The notes below the pieces were generated by a model that saw nothing but the letters and a program-made list of their open reading frames with translations, did no database searches and was not told where the DNA came from. This document shows positions 18,099 through 26,834 of a stretch of DNA of 41,251 nucleotides, one piece after another. Every line of letters begins with the position of its first letter. The first letter of the stretch is position 1. The stretch is from contig JBOFIZ010000396.1 of assembly GCA_051650425.1 (NCBI GenBank), positions 1-41,251 of the forward strand, given 5' to 3'. A program made the position numbers and the translations under genes. This stretch comes from Bacteroidales bacterium (lineage in GTDB: Bacteria > Bacteroidota > Bacteroidia > Bacteroidales > UBA7332).

Positions 18099-19253
18099 AT
18101 GACAAAAAAAATAGCTATATTAGGCTCTACCGGGTCAATCGGTACGCAAGCACTTGAAGTGATTGAAGAACATCCGGATTTATTTGAGGCCTATGCACTC
18201 ACAGCACACAATAATGCAGAGTTATTAATTCAGCAAGCGATCAAACATAATCCTGAAATAGTCGTTATTGCTAATGAGAAAAAATATGAGCAGGTCAAAG
18301 AAGCTTTAAAGCATTTACCTATTAAAGTATATGCAGGATCAGAGGCTATTGCTCAAATCGTAGAAGCAGGTCCGATTGATATTGTACTGACAGCAATGGT
18401 TGGCTACTCAGGATTAAAACCAACGATACAGGCTATAAAGGCAGGAAAAGCAATTGCTCTGGCTAATAAAGAAACATTAGTTGTAGCGGGAGAATTAATC
18501 ATGAATATGGCAATGGAGTACCGTACGCCTATTTTACCGGTAGATTCTGAACACTCTGCAATCTTTCAATGTATTACAGGAGAACCGAATCCGATCGAGA
18601 AAATAATTCTTACAGCCTCGGGAGGTCCGTTTCGTAATTTCACTATTGAGGAATTAAGACATGTAACAAAAGCTCAGGCATTGAAGCACCCCAATTGGGA
18701 AATGGGAGCAAAGATCACAATTGATTCCGCTTCAATGATGAATAAAGGTTTTGAAGTTATAGAAGGTAAATGGTTATTTGATCTACAACCCGAACAAATC
18801 GATGTTGTAATTCATCCACAATCAATCATTCACTCTATGGTTCAATTCCAGGATGGAGGAATCAAAGCACAGATGGGTGAACCTGATATGAAACTCCCAA
18901 TCCGATATGCATTCTCCTATCCATACAGACTTCATGCTCCGGCTGCACCACGTATGGATTTCACTCAAACAACACAGCTCACGTTTGAACAACCTGATAC
19001 AAAACGCTTTCGCAACTTACAATTTGCATTTGAAGCAATGCGAAAAGGTGGGAATATGCCATGCATACTCAATGCTGCGAATGAAATTGTGGTTGACGCT
19101 TTTCTCAAAGAAAAAATCGGATTTCTGCAAATGTCAGATATCATAGAGCAGATTATGCAAAAAGGGAACTTCATTGCAAAACCGACCTATGAAGACTATG
19201 TCAGTACTGATGCAGCTATTCGCCAAATGACACAAGAATTAATTTTGAATTAA
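18099..19253 (+). CDS. dxr: 1-deoxy-D-xylulose-5-phosphate reductoisomerase
   Basis: ILGSTGSIGTQAL NADPH loop, LANKETLV, DSEHSAIFQC, SGGPF and HPNWEMG form the full Dxr signature set. Confidence 0.97.
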   Translation: MTKKIAILGSTGSIGTQALEVIEEHPDLFEAYALTAHNNAELLIQQAIKHNPEIVVIANEKKYEQVKEALKHLPIKVYAGSEAIAQIVEAGPIDIVLTAMVGYSGLKPTIQAIKAGKAIALANKETLVVAGELIMNMAMEYRTPILPVDSEHSAIFQCITGEPNPIEKIILTASGGPFRNFTIEELRHVTKAQALKHPNWEMGAKITIDSASMMNKGFEVIEGKWLFDLQPEQIDVVIHPQSIIHSMVQFQDGGIKAQMGEPDMKLPIRYAFSYPYRLHAPAAPRMDFTQTTQLTFEQPDTKRFRNLQFAFEAMRKGGNMPCILNAANEIVVDAFLKEKIGFLQMSDIIEQIMQKGNFIAKPTYEDYVSTDAAIRQMTQELILN

Positions 19254-19308
19254 CTAAATACTTAATCGAGATAAGAGTCTGATGACTATTATTTCATCTA
19301 AACTTCGA

Positions 19309-20631
19309 ATGGAAACATTTTTAATTAAAGCATTACAACTGATAGCGAGTTTGTCGCTTCTGGTATTTATACATGAATTAGGGCACTTTATGTTCGCCCG
19401 ATTATTTAAAGTTCGAGTAGAAAAGTTTTATCTTTTCTTCAATCCATGGTTTTCTCTATTTAAATTCAAGCCTAAAAACAGTGATACTGAATACGGTATC
19501 GGCTGGTTACCTCTTGGCGGATATGTGAAAATTGCAGGTATGATTGACGAATCAATGGATAAAGAGCAACTAAAAGAACCTGCAAAACCTTGGGAGTTCC
19601 GATCAAAACCTGCATGGCAACGTCTTTTAATCATGATTGGCGGCGTAATGATGAACGTTTTGTTAGCAATATTTATTTATAGCATGATCTTATATACATG
19701 GGGAGATGCTTATGTTCCTGCTAAAAACGTAAAATTAGGGATGGAGTATTGCGATGCAGCTCAAAATATCGGATTCCAGAAAGGGGATATCTTACTCTCG
19801 GCAGATGGCATTGAGATAAACAGATACGACGACAAAGCTGTCAGACAAATCGTTGAAGCAGGTGAGGTTACAGTTATGCGTAACGGGAAAGAAGAAAAAA
19901 TCATCATCCCTGCCGAATTTATGCAGGAAGTTCTTAAAGGAAAGCAACCATTTGCCTCAGAACGCTTCCCTATGGTTATTCATAGCACAGTAAAAGGCTC
20001 TGCTGCTGAAAGTGCCGGAATTTTACCGAACGACAGTGTGATTGCATTCAATGGTATCGGAAATATATCTGTTCATGATATTGTTGCTTCTTTTGCTGAA
20101 AATAAAGGTCAAAATGTTGCACTGACTGTATCCCGCAACGGAAACATCCAGGATATTACTGTACCTGTAGATACATTAGGTAAGATCGGGATCATGATGA
20201 AATCTCCGATTGAACTATACGACGTAGTAATGAAAGACTACAGTGTGATCGAAGCTATTCCGGCCGGTATATCAAAAGGTGTTGCCAAACTTACCGGATA
20301 TGTTTCGGACATGAAATATGTATTCACAAAAGAAGGTGCTCAATCTGTGGGAGGTTTTGCTACGATCGGAAGTATTTTCCCTACTTCATGGAATTGGTTA
20401 GCATTCTGGGAAATTACTGCATTCCTTTCTTTAGCACTCGCCTTTATGAATATCATTCCAATCCCTGCACTAGACGGCGGACATGTAATGTTCTTATTCT
20501 ATGAAATGATTACAGGCAGACAGCCTAATGAGAAATTTATGGAATATGCTCAAATGGCTGGTATGATTTTCCTTTTCGGTCTTATGCTTTACGCAAACGG
20601 AATGGACGTTTTCCGTTTCTTCACGAAATAA
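19309..20631 (+). CDS. rseP: RIP site-2 zinc metalloprotease RseP
   Basis: HELGHF (HExxH) in the first TM helix, a central PDZ region, and C-terminal NIIPIPALDGGH. I prefer the ATG at 19309 (METFLIKAL...), which places HExxH at the usual ~residue 22. The ORF track starts at 19282. Confidence 0.93.
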   Translation: METFLIKALQLIASLSLLVFIHELGHFMFARLFKVRVEKFYLFFNPWFSLFKFKPKNSDTEYGIGWLPLGGYVKIAGMIDESMDKEQLKEPAKPWEFRSKPAWQRLLIMIGGVMMNVLLAIFIYSMILYTWGDAYVPAKNVKLGMEYCDAAQNIGFQKGDILLSADGIEINRYDDKAVRQIVEAGEVTVMRNGKEEKIIIPAEFMQEVLKGKQPFASERFPMVIHSTVKGSAAESAGILPNDSVIAFNGIGNISVHDIVASFAENKGQNVALTVSRNGNIQDITVPVDTLGKIGIMMKSPIELYDVVMKDYSVIEAIPAGISKGVAKLTGYVSDMKYVFTKEGAQSVGGFATIGSIFPTSWNWLAFWEITAFLSLALAFMNIIPIPALDGGHVMFLFYEMITGRQPNEKFMEYAQMAGMIFLFGLMLYANGMDVFRFFTK

Positions 20632-20655
20632 AAAACTATTAATAATATTTCAGGG

Positions 20656-20696
20656 AAAGCCCCATCATCAGAACTTTTGATGATGGGGCTTTTTCT
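20656..20696 (+). terminator. Rho-independent terminator after rseP
   Basis: Perfect 15-bp stem AAAGCCCCATCATCA (20656-20670) / TGATGATGGGGCTTT (20678-20692) with a 7-nt loop and a T-rich tail. Confidence 0.85.
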
Positions 20697-20927
20697 TATT
20701 CGCATTTATCATTAAGCATCTCCATATCCTACCCTTACAATACATTATCAAAAAGATAGCCACTCCCCTATTTATTTATCTTTTTGACTCAGCCTAATCG
20801 CTGAGAATAAGTCAGAATATTCTCAAAGAATAAATCCCAGAAATAAGCCGGAGAAAACACATTACATACACAGCTAGTAACCAGATAGTTATACAAACAC
20901 AAATTTCCAGACCGTCGTTTCAAAATA

Positions 20928-20993
20928 AGATACGTATTTAAACTGCACCAAATACGTATATAAATTCTTTTAGATACGTATATAAAAGAATTT
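20928..20993. repeat. Three tandem 22-bp repeats, each carrying the palindromic octamer ATACGTAT
   Basis: Units: AGATACGTATTTAAActgcacc (20928-20949), AAATACGTATATAAAttctttt (20950-20971) and AGATACGTATATAAAagaattt (20972-20993). The first 15 nt match at 13-15 of 15 positions. The period is exactly 22 bp. Confidence 0.8.
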
Positions 20994-21426
20994 ATACACC
21001 GCGAAAATTCAAAGATACAGTCAGAAAAATCAATAATCCAGTCAAACTTTTGAAAGATTGACCGTATAAATTACAAGAACCAGTCATTTTATACCAAATA
21101 GGTATATATTTCTGAGCAAAACAAATAAATCTTATTCAAAAATACGAACGTTCGAATTTTAGCATAATGACTACATTTACCATTAATTTCTAACAAAAAG
21201 ACATAGACACTCCTAAGAATAATAAATAAACAATCCTGTCAACCTATCTATTCGGATACAAATATTTTAGCAGCAGTGATCTTAACTTGAACCATAGCTC
21301 AAGAAAACTAGACCATTCAAAATATGCATTACTAATAATCAAAAAACACAAGATAATAAATTAACATAATAACGTTAATACTGTATTATTTTTATATCGA
21401 TAAACCTATTTCCTAATTTATATTTC

Positions 21427-21434
21427 TATTTTTG
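21427..21434 (+). promoter_or_regulatory. candidate -7 box TATTTTTG for susC/susD
   Basis: Exact TAnnTTTG match 124 nt upstream of the susC-like ATG (21558). It would give a G-poor leader that contains the GAACACAA repeats. Confidence 0.3.
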
Positions 21435-21557
21435 CGACCATAAACTAACAAAAACAATACACAAAAGATACCCTTTTAACTGAGTTTAGAACACAAATTT
21501 GAACACAAGAATAAACATCCTCTGTCAATAATTGCAGAACACAAACATATTTAATGA

Positions 21558-24500
21558 ATGAAAAAAGACAGTAAGACTTTGCTCTTAATACTTTCCGGAG
21601 TACTGAGTGCAACATCGGCTTATTCATTGCCGGCGAATAGTTTCAAAACACACCCGACAAATACTTCGCTGGAAGTCAATGAATCACACTCCGTCAGTGG
21701 AGTAGTTACAGATGAAAAAGGAGAACCGATTATTGGAGCCACAATCGTAGTGAAAGGACAAGCGACAGGCACAGTCACAGACTTTGATGGCAATTTCACA
21801 TTAGAAGTACCTAAAAATGCGACTCTAACAATCTCCTACATGGGTTACACCCCACAAGACATTTCGGTAAAAGATCAGAAGAATCTCAAAATCATTTTGA
21901 AAGAAGACTCGAAGGCTTTGGAAGAGGTCGTTGTCGTAGGTTTTGGTTCTCAAAAGAAAGCCAATATGACCGGTGCCGTATCGTCTGTCAAAATGGATGA
22001 AATCACTGCTAACAGACCTATTCTGAGTGTAGGCGATGCCCTTCAGGGAACTGTTCCGGGGTTGTTGGTAAGCAGCGGTGGAAATGCACCTGGAACAGGT
22101 AAATCCTTTCAGATCAGGGGAGCCTATACGATCGGTGCTAAGAATTCAGATGGTAAATACGGTGCCACAATTGCTCCGCTTGTCTTAATTGACAATGTCG
22201 AAGGAGACATGAATATGTTGAATCCTGAAGATATAGAAACACTTACTGTACTTAAAGATGCTGCTTCGACTGCAATTTATGGCGCGAGAGCAGCAGGGGG
22301 AGTAATTCTTATCACAACGAAAAGACCTAAAAACGAAACACGTTTTCAGATCAACTACAATAATAACTTCGGTTTTGGAAATGCTATGAATCTTCCTGAA
22401 CAAGCTCCTCTGATGGATTTTCTTCAGGCTTATCGCGACGCAGCCGGTGATCAATACTGGTCGATCGGTTCGCCAAGTGTCACCAAATGGATGCAGTACT
22501 TAAGTGATTACAAGAAAGATCCAAGCCAATTCGCCATTGTCGGAGATGGTATTTATAAAGATGCAGATGGAGGGGTTTACTACTTGAACGAGAAAGATCT
22601 TACGAAAAACTTTCTGACAAACAGTTTTCAGATGACCCACAATATCTCGGCATCGGGAGGTACTGACAAATTGCGTTATCGCTTATCGGGAAGTTATGTG
22701 ATGAGTGATGGTATTATCATCGGTGATAAAGATAAATTTGATCGATTTAATATTAGTGCATTTTTATCGGCTGATATTACGAAATGGTTTACGCAAGAAG
22801 CTAATATCAGCTATGCACACAGTAAACGCTCATTACCGTCATCTGCTCTGGGTGCTATATATTCATTAAGATTAGGGTCATACTATCCGGAAGGAATAAT
22901 ACCGGGTTCTATCACAGGAGCTGATAAGGATCTTCCTTCAATGACTGCAAAAAATCAGATTGAATGGTCTAATCCTTCTACAAATCTGAAAGATAATCCT
23001 CGAATTTTCTTAAAGTCGATTGTCAGTCCGATGAAAGACTTGCAATTGAATCTAGAGTACACTTTCGATAAAGATATGTATGATTATCACTGGTATACAG
23101 GCTCTACAGAATATACTACTATACAGGGAGGTAAAGACAAAACACCTACCAATGACTATTTGCGCAAACAGAAACAATACAAAAATTACAATGCGCTGAA
23201 TATTTATGGTTCATACAGTTTGTCTTTCGGACAAAACAAAATGAATTTTATGGCCGGGTTCAACCAGGAATCAAATTATCTGGAGCTTCTGGATGCATAC
23301 TCTTACGGACAGGCAGTTATTGATGTCCCGTCTATGGGTGCAGGAACTTCAACAATCAAAGTTACTGATTCTTATAATGAATACGCAGTGAGAGGAGGTT
23401 TCTTCCGTTTTAACTATAATTTCAAAGAAAAATATTTATTAGAAGCAAACGGACGTTACGACGGATCTTCAAAATTTCCGAAAAGCAATCGTTTCGGCTT
23501 CTTCCCATCTGTATCCGCAGGATGGCAAGTTGGTGAAGAAAAATTTATGGCAAAGACACGGAGCTGGTTAGATGCATTGAAGTTGCGCGGTTCTTACGGG
23601 GAAATCGGGAACCAGAACATTCCGGCTTATGCGTTTACGCCTACAATGGCTGTAAACAACAAATACAATGGCTGGTTAGGTAATGGCGATTATGTTACGG
23701 CTATTTCAAGTTTACCATCGTTAGTCAGTTCAAACTTCACTTGGGAAAAGGTTGCCAGCACAAATATCGGATTGGATATGACTTTGCTTAACAACCGTCT
23801 GACCAGTACAATCGAATGGTATCAACGTGACACGAAAGGAATGCTTGCACCGGGTATGCAGTTACCGGAAGTTGTTGGTGCTGACGCTCCTTATCAGAAC
23901 ACAGCTGATATGCGTACAAATGGTTGGGAATTAAGCATAAACTGGAGAGATAACATCGGAAAGTTTAACTATCGTCTTGGATTCAACATCTCGGATTATC
24001 GATCTAAAATCACAAAATACAATGCCAACGAATCAAAGCTGCTTTCAAATTTCTATGAAGGTCAGCAAATGGGTGAAATCTGGGGTTATGTAGCTGATGG
24101 CTTCTATACGGTCGATGATTTCGAAAATACTACCACTTGGAAATTAAAAGAAGGTGTAGTTAAACTGGACGGATATAATCCTCGTCCGGGAGATCTAAAA
24201 TTCAAAAATCTTCAAGACGACGACCGTGGCGAAAACTTAATAACAAGCGGTAATAATACTTATGATAATGCCGGTGACCGAAAAATAATTGGTAATAATA
24301 TGCCACGTTATCAGTATGGTATCACCGTCGGAGGAAATTTTAAGAATTTCGACTTAAACATCTTTATGCAAGGTGTAGGTAAAAGAGATGCATGGATTGC
24401 CAATGCCTTGACTTTCCCAATGTATTCAGATTACAAGTTTACGCCTTTATACAATGGTCTTTCAGACTACTGGCAACCGGTTGACTTTGAAGGAGGCAAT

Positions 24501-24812
24501 TTTACGGCAGCTAATCCTGATGCGAAGTTTCCACGTATCTATGGCGATTATGGAAATATGGGATCAAACTATCGTACGTCTGACAAATACTTATCGAATG
24601 CTTCATATTTCCGTATTAAGAACGTAACGCTAGCTTACAATGTACCTAAGTCCATCATTTCAAAATGGACACTAAACCAATTGAAAGGATTTGTAAGTAT
24701 CGAGAACTTAGCAACATTTTCAAAATTACCAAAAGGTATAGACCCTGAAACACTCTCATGGAACTATCCTGCTTTCAGAACAATCTCTTTTGGTATCAGC
24801 GTAACTCTTTAA
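21558..24812 (+). CDS. SusC/RagA-family TonB-dependent outer membrane transporter
   Basis: Signal peptide, then a carboxypeptidase-D-regulatory-like domain (VSGVVTDEKGEPIIGATIVVKGQATGTVTDFDGNFTL). Plug region (VVVGFGSQKK, DIETLTVLKDAASTAIYGARAAGGVILITTKR). C-terminal beta-barrel ending FGISVTL. No STN/anti-sigma N-terminal extension. Confidence 0.95.
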   Translation: MKKDSKTLLLILSGVLSATSAYSLPANSFKTHPTNTSLEVNESHSVSGVVTDEKGEPIIGATIVVKGQATGTVTDFDGNFTLEVPKNATLTISYMGYTPQDISVKDQKNLKIILKEDSKALEEVVVVGFGSQKKANMTGAVSSVKMDEITANRPILSVGDALQGTVPGLLVSSGGNAPGTGKSFQIRGAYTIGAKNSDGKYGATIAPLVLIDNVEGDMNMLNPEDIETLTVLKDAASTAIYGARAAGGVILITTKRPKNETRFQINYNNNFGFGNAMNLPEQAPLMDFLQAYRDAAGDQYWSIGSPSVTKWMQYLSDYKKDPSQFAIVGDGIYKDADGGVYYLNEKDLTKNFLTNSFQMTHNISASGGTDKLRYRLSGSYVMSDGIIIGDKDKFDRFNISAFLSADITKWFTQEANISYAHSKRSLPSSALGAIYSLRLGSYYPEGIIPGSITGADKDLPSMTAKNQIEWSNPSTNLKDNPRIFLKSIVSPMKDLQLNLEYTFDKDMYDYHWYTGSTEYTTIQGGKDKTPTNDYLRKQKQYKNYNALNIYGSYSLSFGQNKMNFMAGFNQESNYLELLDAYSYGQAVIDVPSMGAGTSTIKVTDSYNEYAVRGGFFRFNYNFKEKYLLEANGRYDGSSKFPKSNRFGFFPSVSAGWQVGEEKFMAKTRSWLDALKLRGSYGEIGNQNIPAYAFTPTMAVNNKYNGWLGNGDYVTAISSLPSLVSSNFTWEKVASTNIGLDMTLLNNRLTSTIEWYQRDTKGMLAPGMQLPEVVGADAPYQNTADMRTNGWELSINWRDNIGKFNYRLGFNISDYRSKITKYNANESKLLSNFYEGQQMGEIWGYVADGFYTVDDFENTTTWKLKEGVVKLDGYNPRPGDLKFKNLQDDDRGENLITSGNNTYDNAGDRKIIGNNMPRYQYGITVGGNFKNFDLNIFMQGVGKRDAWIANALTFPMYSDYKFTPLYNGLSDYWQPVDFEGGNFTAANPDAKFPRIYGDYGNMGSNYRTSDKYLSNASYFRIKNVTLAYNVPKSIISKWTLNQLKGFVSIENLATFSKLPKGIDPETLSWNYPAFRTISFGISVTL

Positions 24813-24824
24813 TTGATTATTGGA

Positions 24825-26750
24825 ATGAAAAATAAAATATTAAACTTAGCCTTGATGGCTACATTAGCTTTGACAAGCTGTAATGACAGTTATCTGGAAA
24901 AATATCCGGTAACCGATCTGACGGAGCAGAATGCATTTAAATCATACGATAACTTCAAGGCTTTCATGTGGCCTTGTTACGATATGTTTTCCAACAATAC
25001 GATTGCTACATCTGTAAAAAATGCCGGACAAGATTCGCATTATCAGGGTGATCGATGGGCTGGATATCTCGGACATAAGTCTCCAAGCGGATTTAATAAA
25101 TATGCTTTCCAAACGGTAAACAGTGTCGCATCAGGAAATGGCTGGGATTTTTCTTCTTTCATACGCAGAATAAACATTATGATGTCACATGTTGACAATG
25201 CTGAGATGAATCAGGAAGAGAAAAACCATTGGCGCGCTGTCGGATACTTCTTCCATTCATTTTGGTATATGGAGCTTATCGATCGTTTCGGAGATGTTCC
25301 ATGGATTGATAAAGTATTAACAGAAAGCTCTCCGGAGGCTTACGGCCCTCGTACTCCACGTGCGGAGGTTGCAGCCAATATCCTGAAAAATCTGAAATGG
25401 GCAGAAGAGAATATTGGAAATTTCGAATCCCGCGATGGCAAAAACACGATCAATAAAGAGTGTGTTCAAGTTGCTATCTCTCGTTTTACTTTACGCGAAG
25501 CTACATGGAGAAAATACCATGAGGCGGGCAGCTATGAAGAATTGCTTCAGGAGTGTATTCGTGTATCTAAAATCTTAATAGATAAATATCCTACCCTATA
25601 TACAGGAACAGACGGTCAACCTGCTGCCGGATATGGAGAGCTATGGACTACTGAAAGTTTAGCTAATATTCCGGGAATGATTCTTTATAAAGAATATGTT
25701 ACAGATATCGCACCTTGTAATTTCAGCTACATGGAACATACCTCGTCTCATAATATCGAAATGGGACAAGAAATTGTTGACTTGTATCTGATGAAAAACG
25801 GAAAACCTATTGAAAATGAAACTTCGGGGTATCACGGAGATAAAACAATGTATGAGACTTTCCGGGATCGCGACCCACGTATGTATCATGTCATTATGCC
25901 TCCGTATAAAGTTAAGCAAGGTGGCGGTGAATTTAAAACATGGTCTTATACAGATAATCCTGCTGATCGTGAATATATCGACATCATGGGTGCTAATACG
26001 TCGTGCAGCAATCCGGGTATTGGTATGAAACGTTTACCGGGTCAGAACTGGTCTGCATCTTTGGTTCCTGAGATTCCAAGATTAGGTACCGGTGCATTCG
26101 TTACCTGCCGTTCAGGATACTACGTATGGAAAAACTGGTCAAACTGGGAGAAGAGTTTCAACAACGGAGCGCTTAATACAGCTGATAAACCAATTTTCAA
26201 AATAGAGGAAGTTATGCTGAATTATGCTGAGGCCATGTACGAAGCTGGTTCTTTCAATCAGGCTGTAGCTGATTTAACAATCAATAAACTTCGCACACGC
26301 GCAGGTGTCGCAGCTATGGATGTAGCAAGCATTAACGGGAACTTTGACCCGAATCGTGCTAAGTATTATCCGAAAGGTAATGACAGTGGTATTATGCTGG
26401 ACCCACTTTTGTGGGAAATACGCAGAGAGCGGATTATTGAACTAATGGGTGAAGGTTTCGGCTTTTACGACGTTCGCCGTTGGAGAATGGCACCTTGGTT
26501 CCTTAACAAAACACATAAGGGAATCTGGATTCAGAAAAAAGATCTGCCTTCAGGCATGACGCTTTTAAATGAATCAACAGGTACATCTGACGGTGTAAAC
26601 GGACCTTTAGCTGAAGGTTATGTTTATCTTTACAACAATCCTCTTACAGAAGGTAAAGGTTGGTTAGATAAATACTATTTATTCCAGGTCCCAACTACAG
26701 AATTAGTCTTAAATCCGAATCTGGCACCTAACAATCCAGGTTGGGAATAA
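24825..26750 (+). CDS. SusD/RagB-family nutrient-binding lipoprotein
   Basis: MKNKILNLALMATLALTSC lipobox starting at the ATG at 24825 (the ORF-track start at 24813 is a TTG). TPR-like SusD core. C-terminal ERIIELMGEGFGFYDVRRW motif. It lies 12 nt downstream of susC. Confidence 0.93.
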   Translation: MKNKILNLALMATLALTSCNDSYLEKYPVTDLTEQNAFKSYDNFKAFMWPCYDMFSNNTIATSVKNAGQDSHYQGDRWAGYLGHKSPSGFNKYAFQTVNSVASGNGWDFSSFIRRINIMMSHVDNAEMNQEEKNHWRAVGYFFHSFWYMELIDRFGDVPWIDKVLTESSPEAYGPRTPRAEVAANILKNLKWAEENIGNFESRDGKNTINKECVQVAISRFTLREATWRKYHEAGSYEELLQECIRVSKILIDKYPTLYTGTDGQPAAGYGELWTTESLANIPGMILYKEYVTDIAPCNFSYMEHTSSHNIEMGQEIVDLYLMKNGKPIENETSGYHGDKTMYETFRDRDPRMYHVIMPPYKVKQGGGEFKTWSYTDNPADREYIDIMGANTSCSNPGIGMKRLPGQNWSASLVPEIPRLGTGAFVTCRSGYYVWKNWSNWEKSFNNGALNTADKPIFKIEEVMLNYAEAMYEAGSFNQAVADLTINKLRTRAGVAAMDVASINGNFDPNRAKYYPKGNDSGIMLDPLLWEIRRERIIELMGEGFGFYDVRRWRMAPWFLNKTHKGIWIQKKDLPSGMTLLNESTGTSDGVNGPLAEGYVYLYNNPLTEGKGWLDKYYLFQVPTTELVLNPNLAPNNPGWE

Positions 26751-26790
26751 TCGAAACTGAAGCCTGTCAAGGCTGATCTAAATAAAAAAA

Positions 26791-26830
26791 GAAAGCGGAA
26801 GTGTCAATTACACATCCGCTTTCTTTTTTT
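26791..26830. terminator. Bidirectional terminator between susD (+) and the helicase gene (-)
   Basis: GAAAGCGGAAGTGT (26791-26804) / ACACATCCGCTTTC (26810-26823): a 14-bp stem with one mismatch and a 5-nt loop. An A-run precedes it and a T-run follows (26824-26830). Confidence 0.75.
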
Positions 26831-26834
26831 ATTT

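Noticed and set aside
20801-20860. CTGAGA box reminiscent of a TPP (THI-box) riboswitch, and a possible cobalamin riboswitch upstream of a TonB-dependent receptor
   Set aside because: The rest of the THI-box (ACCTGATCTGGATAATGCCAGCG-like segment) and the B12-box consensus are absent. The region is too G-poor to form the required helices.
21010-21144. Additional TAnnTTTG matches on the minus strand inside the rseP-susC spacer (CAAAGATA at 21010, CAAAAATA at 21137)
   Set aside because: By rough estimate, 1-2 chance matches per strand are expected in 900 bp of this composition. No downstream gene or terminator supports them. I have therefore not called them promoters, although an antisense or sRNA transcript cannot be excluded without RNA data.
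20700-21557. Possible invertible (phase-variable) promoter upstream of susC, as described for some Bacteroides susC/susD genes
   Set aside because: I found no long-range inverted repeats of 10 bp or more flanking a 150-400-bp segment. The strong C>G strand asymmetry makes such repeats unlikely. No invertase gene is nearby. Only local palindromes are present.
21445-21627. 60-aa minus-strand ORF overlapping the susC start
   Set aside because: It is antisense to the susC signal-peptide region and the AT-rich leader. It has no motif or plausible promoter or terminator, so it is a chance ORF.
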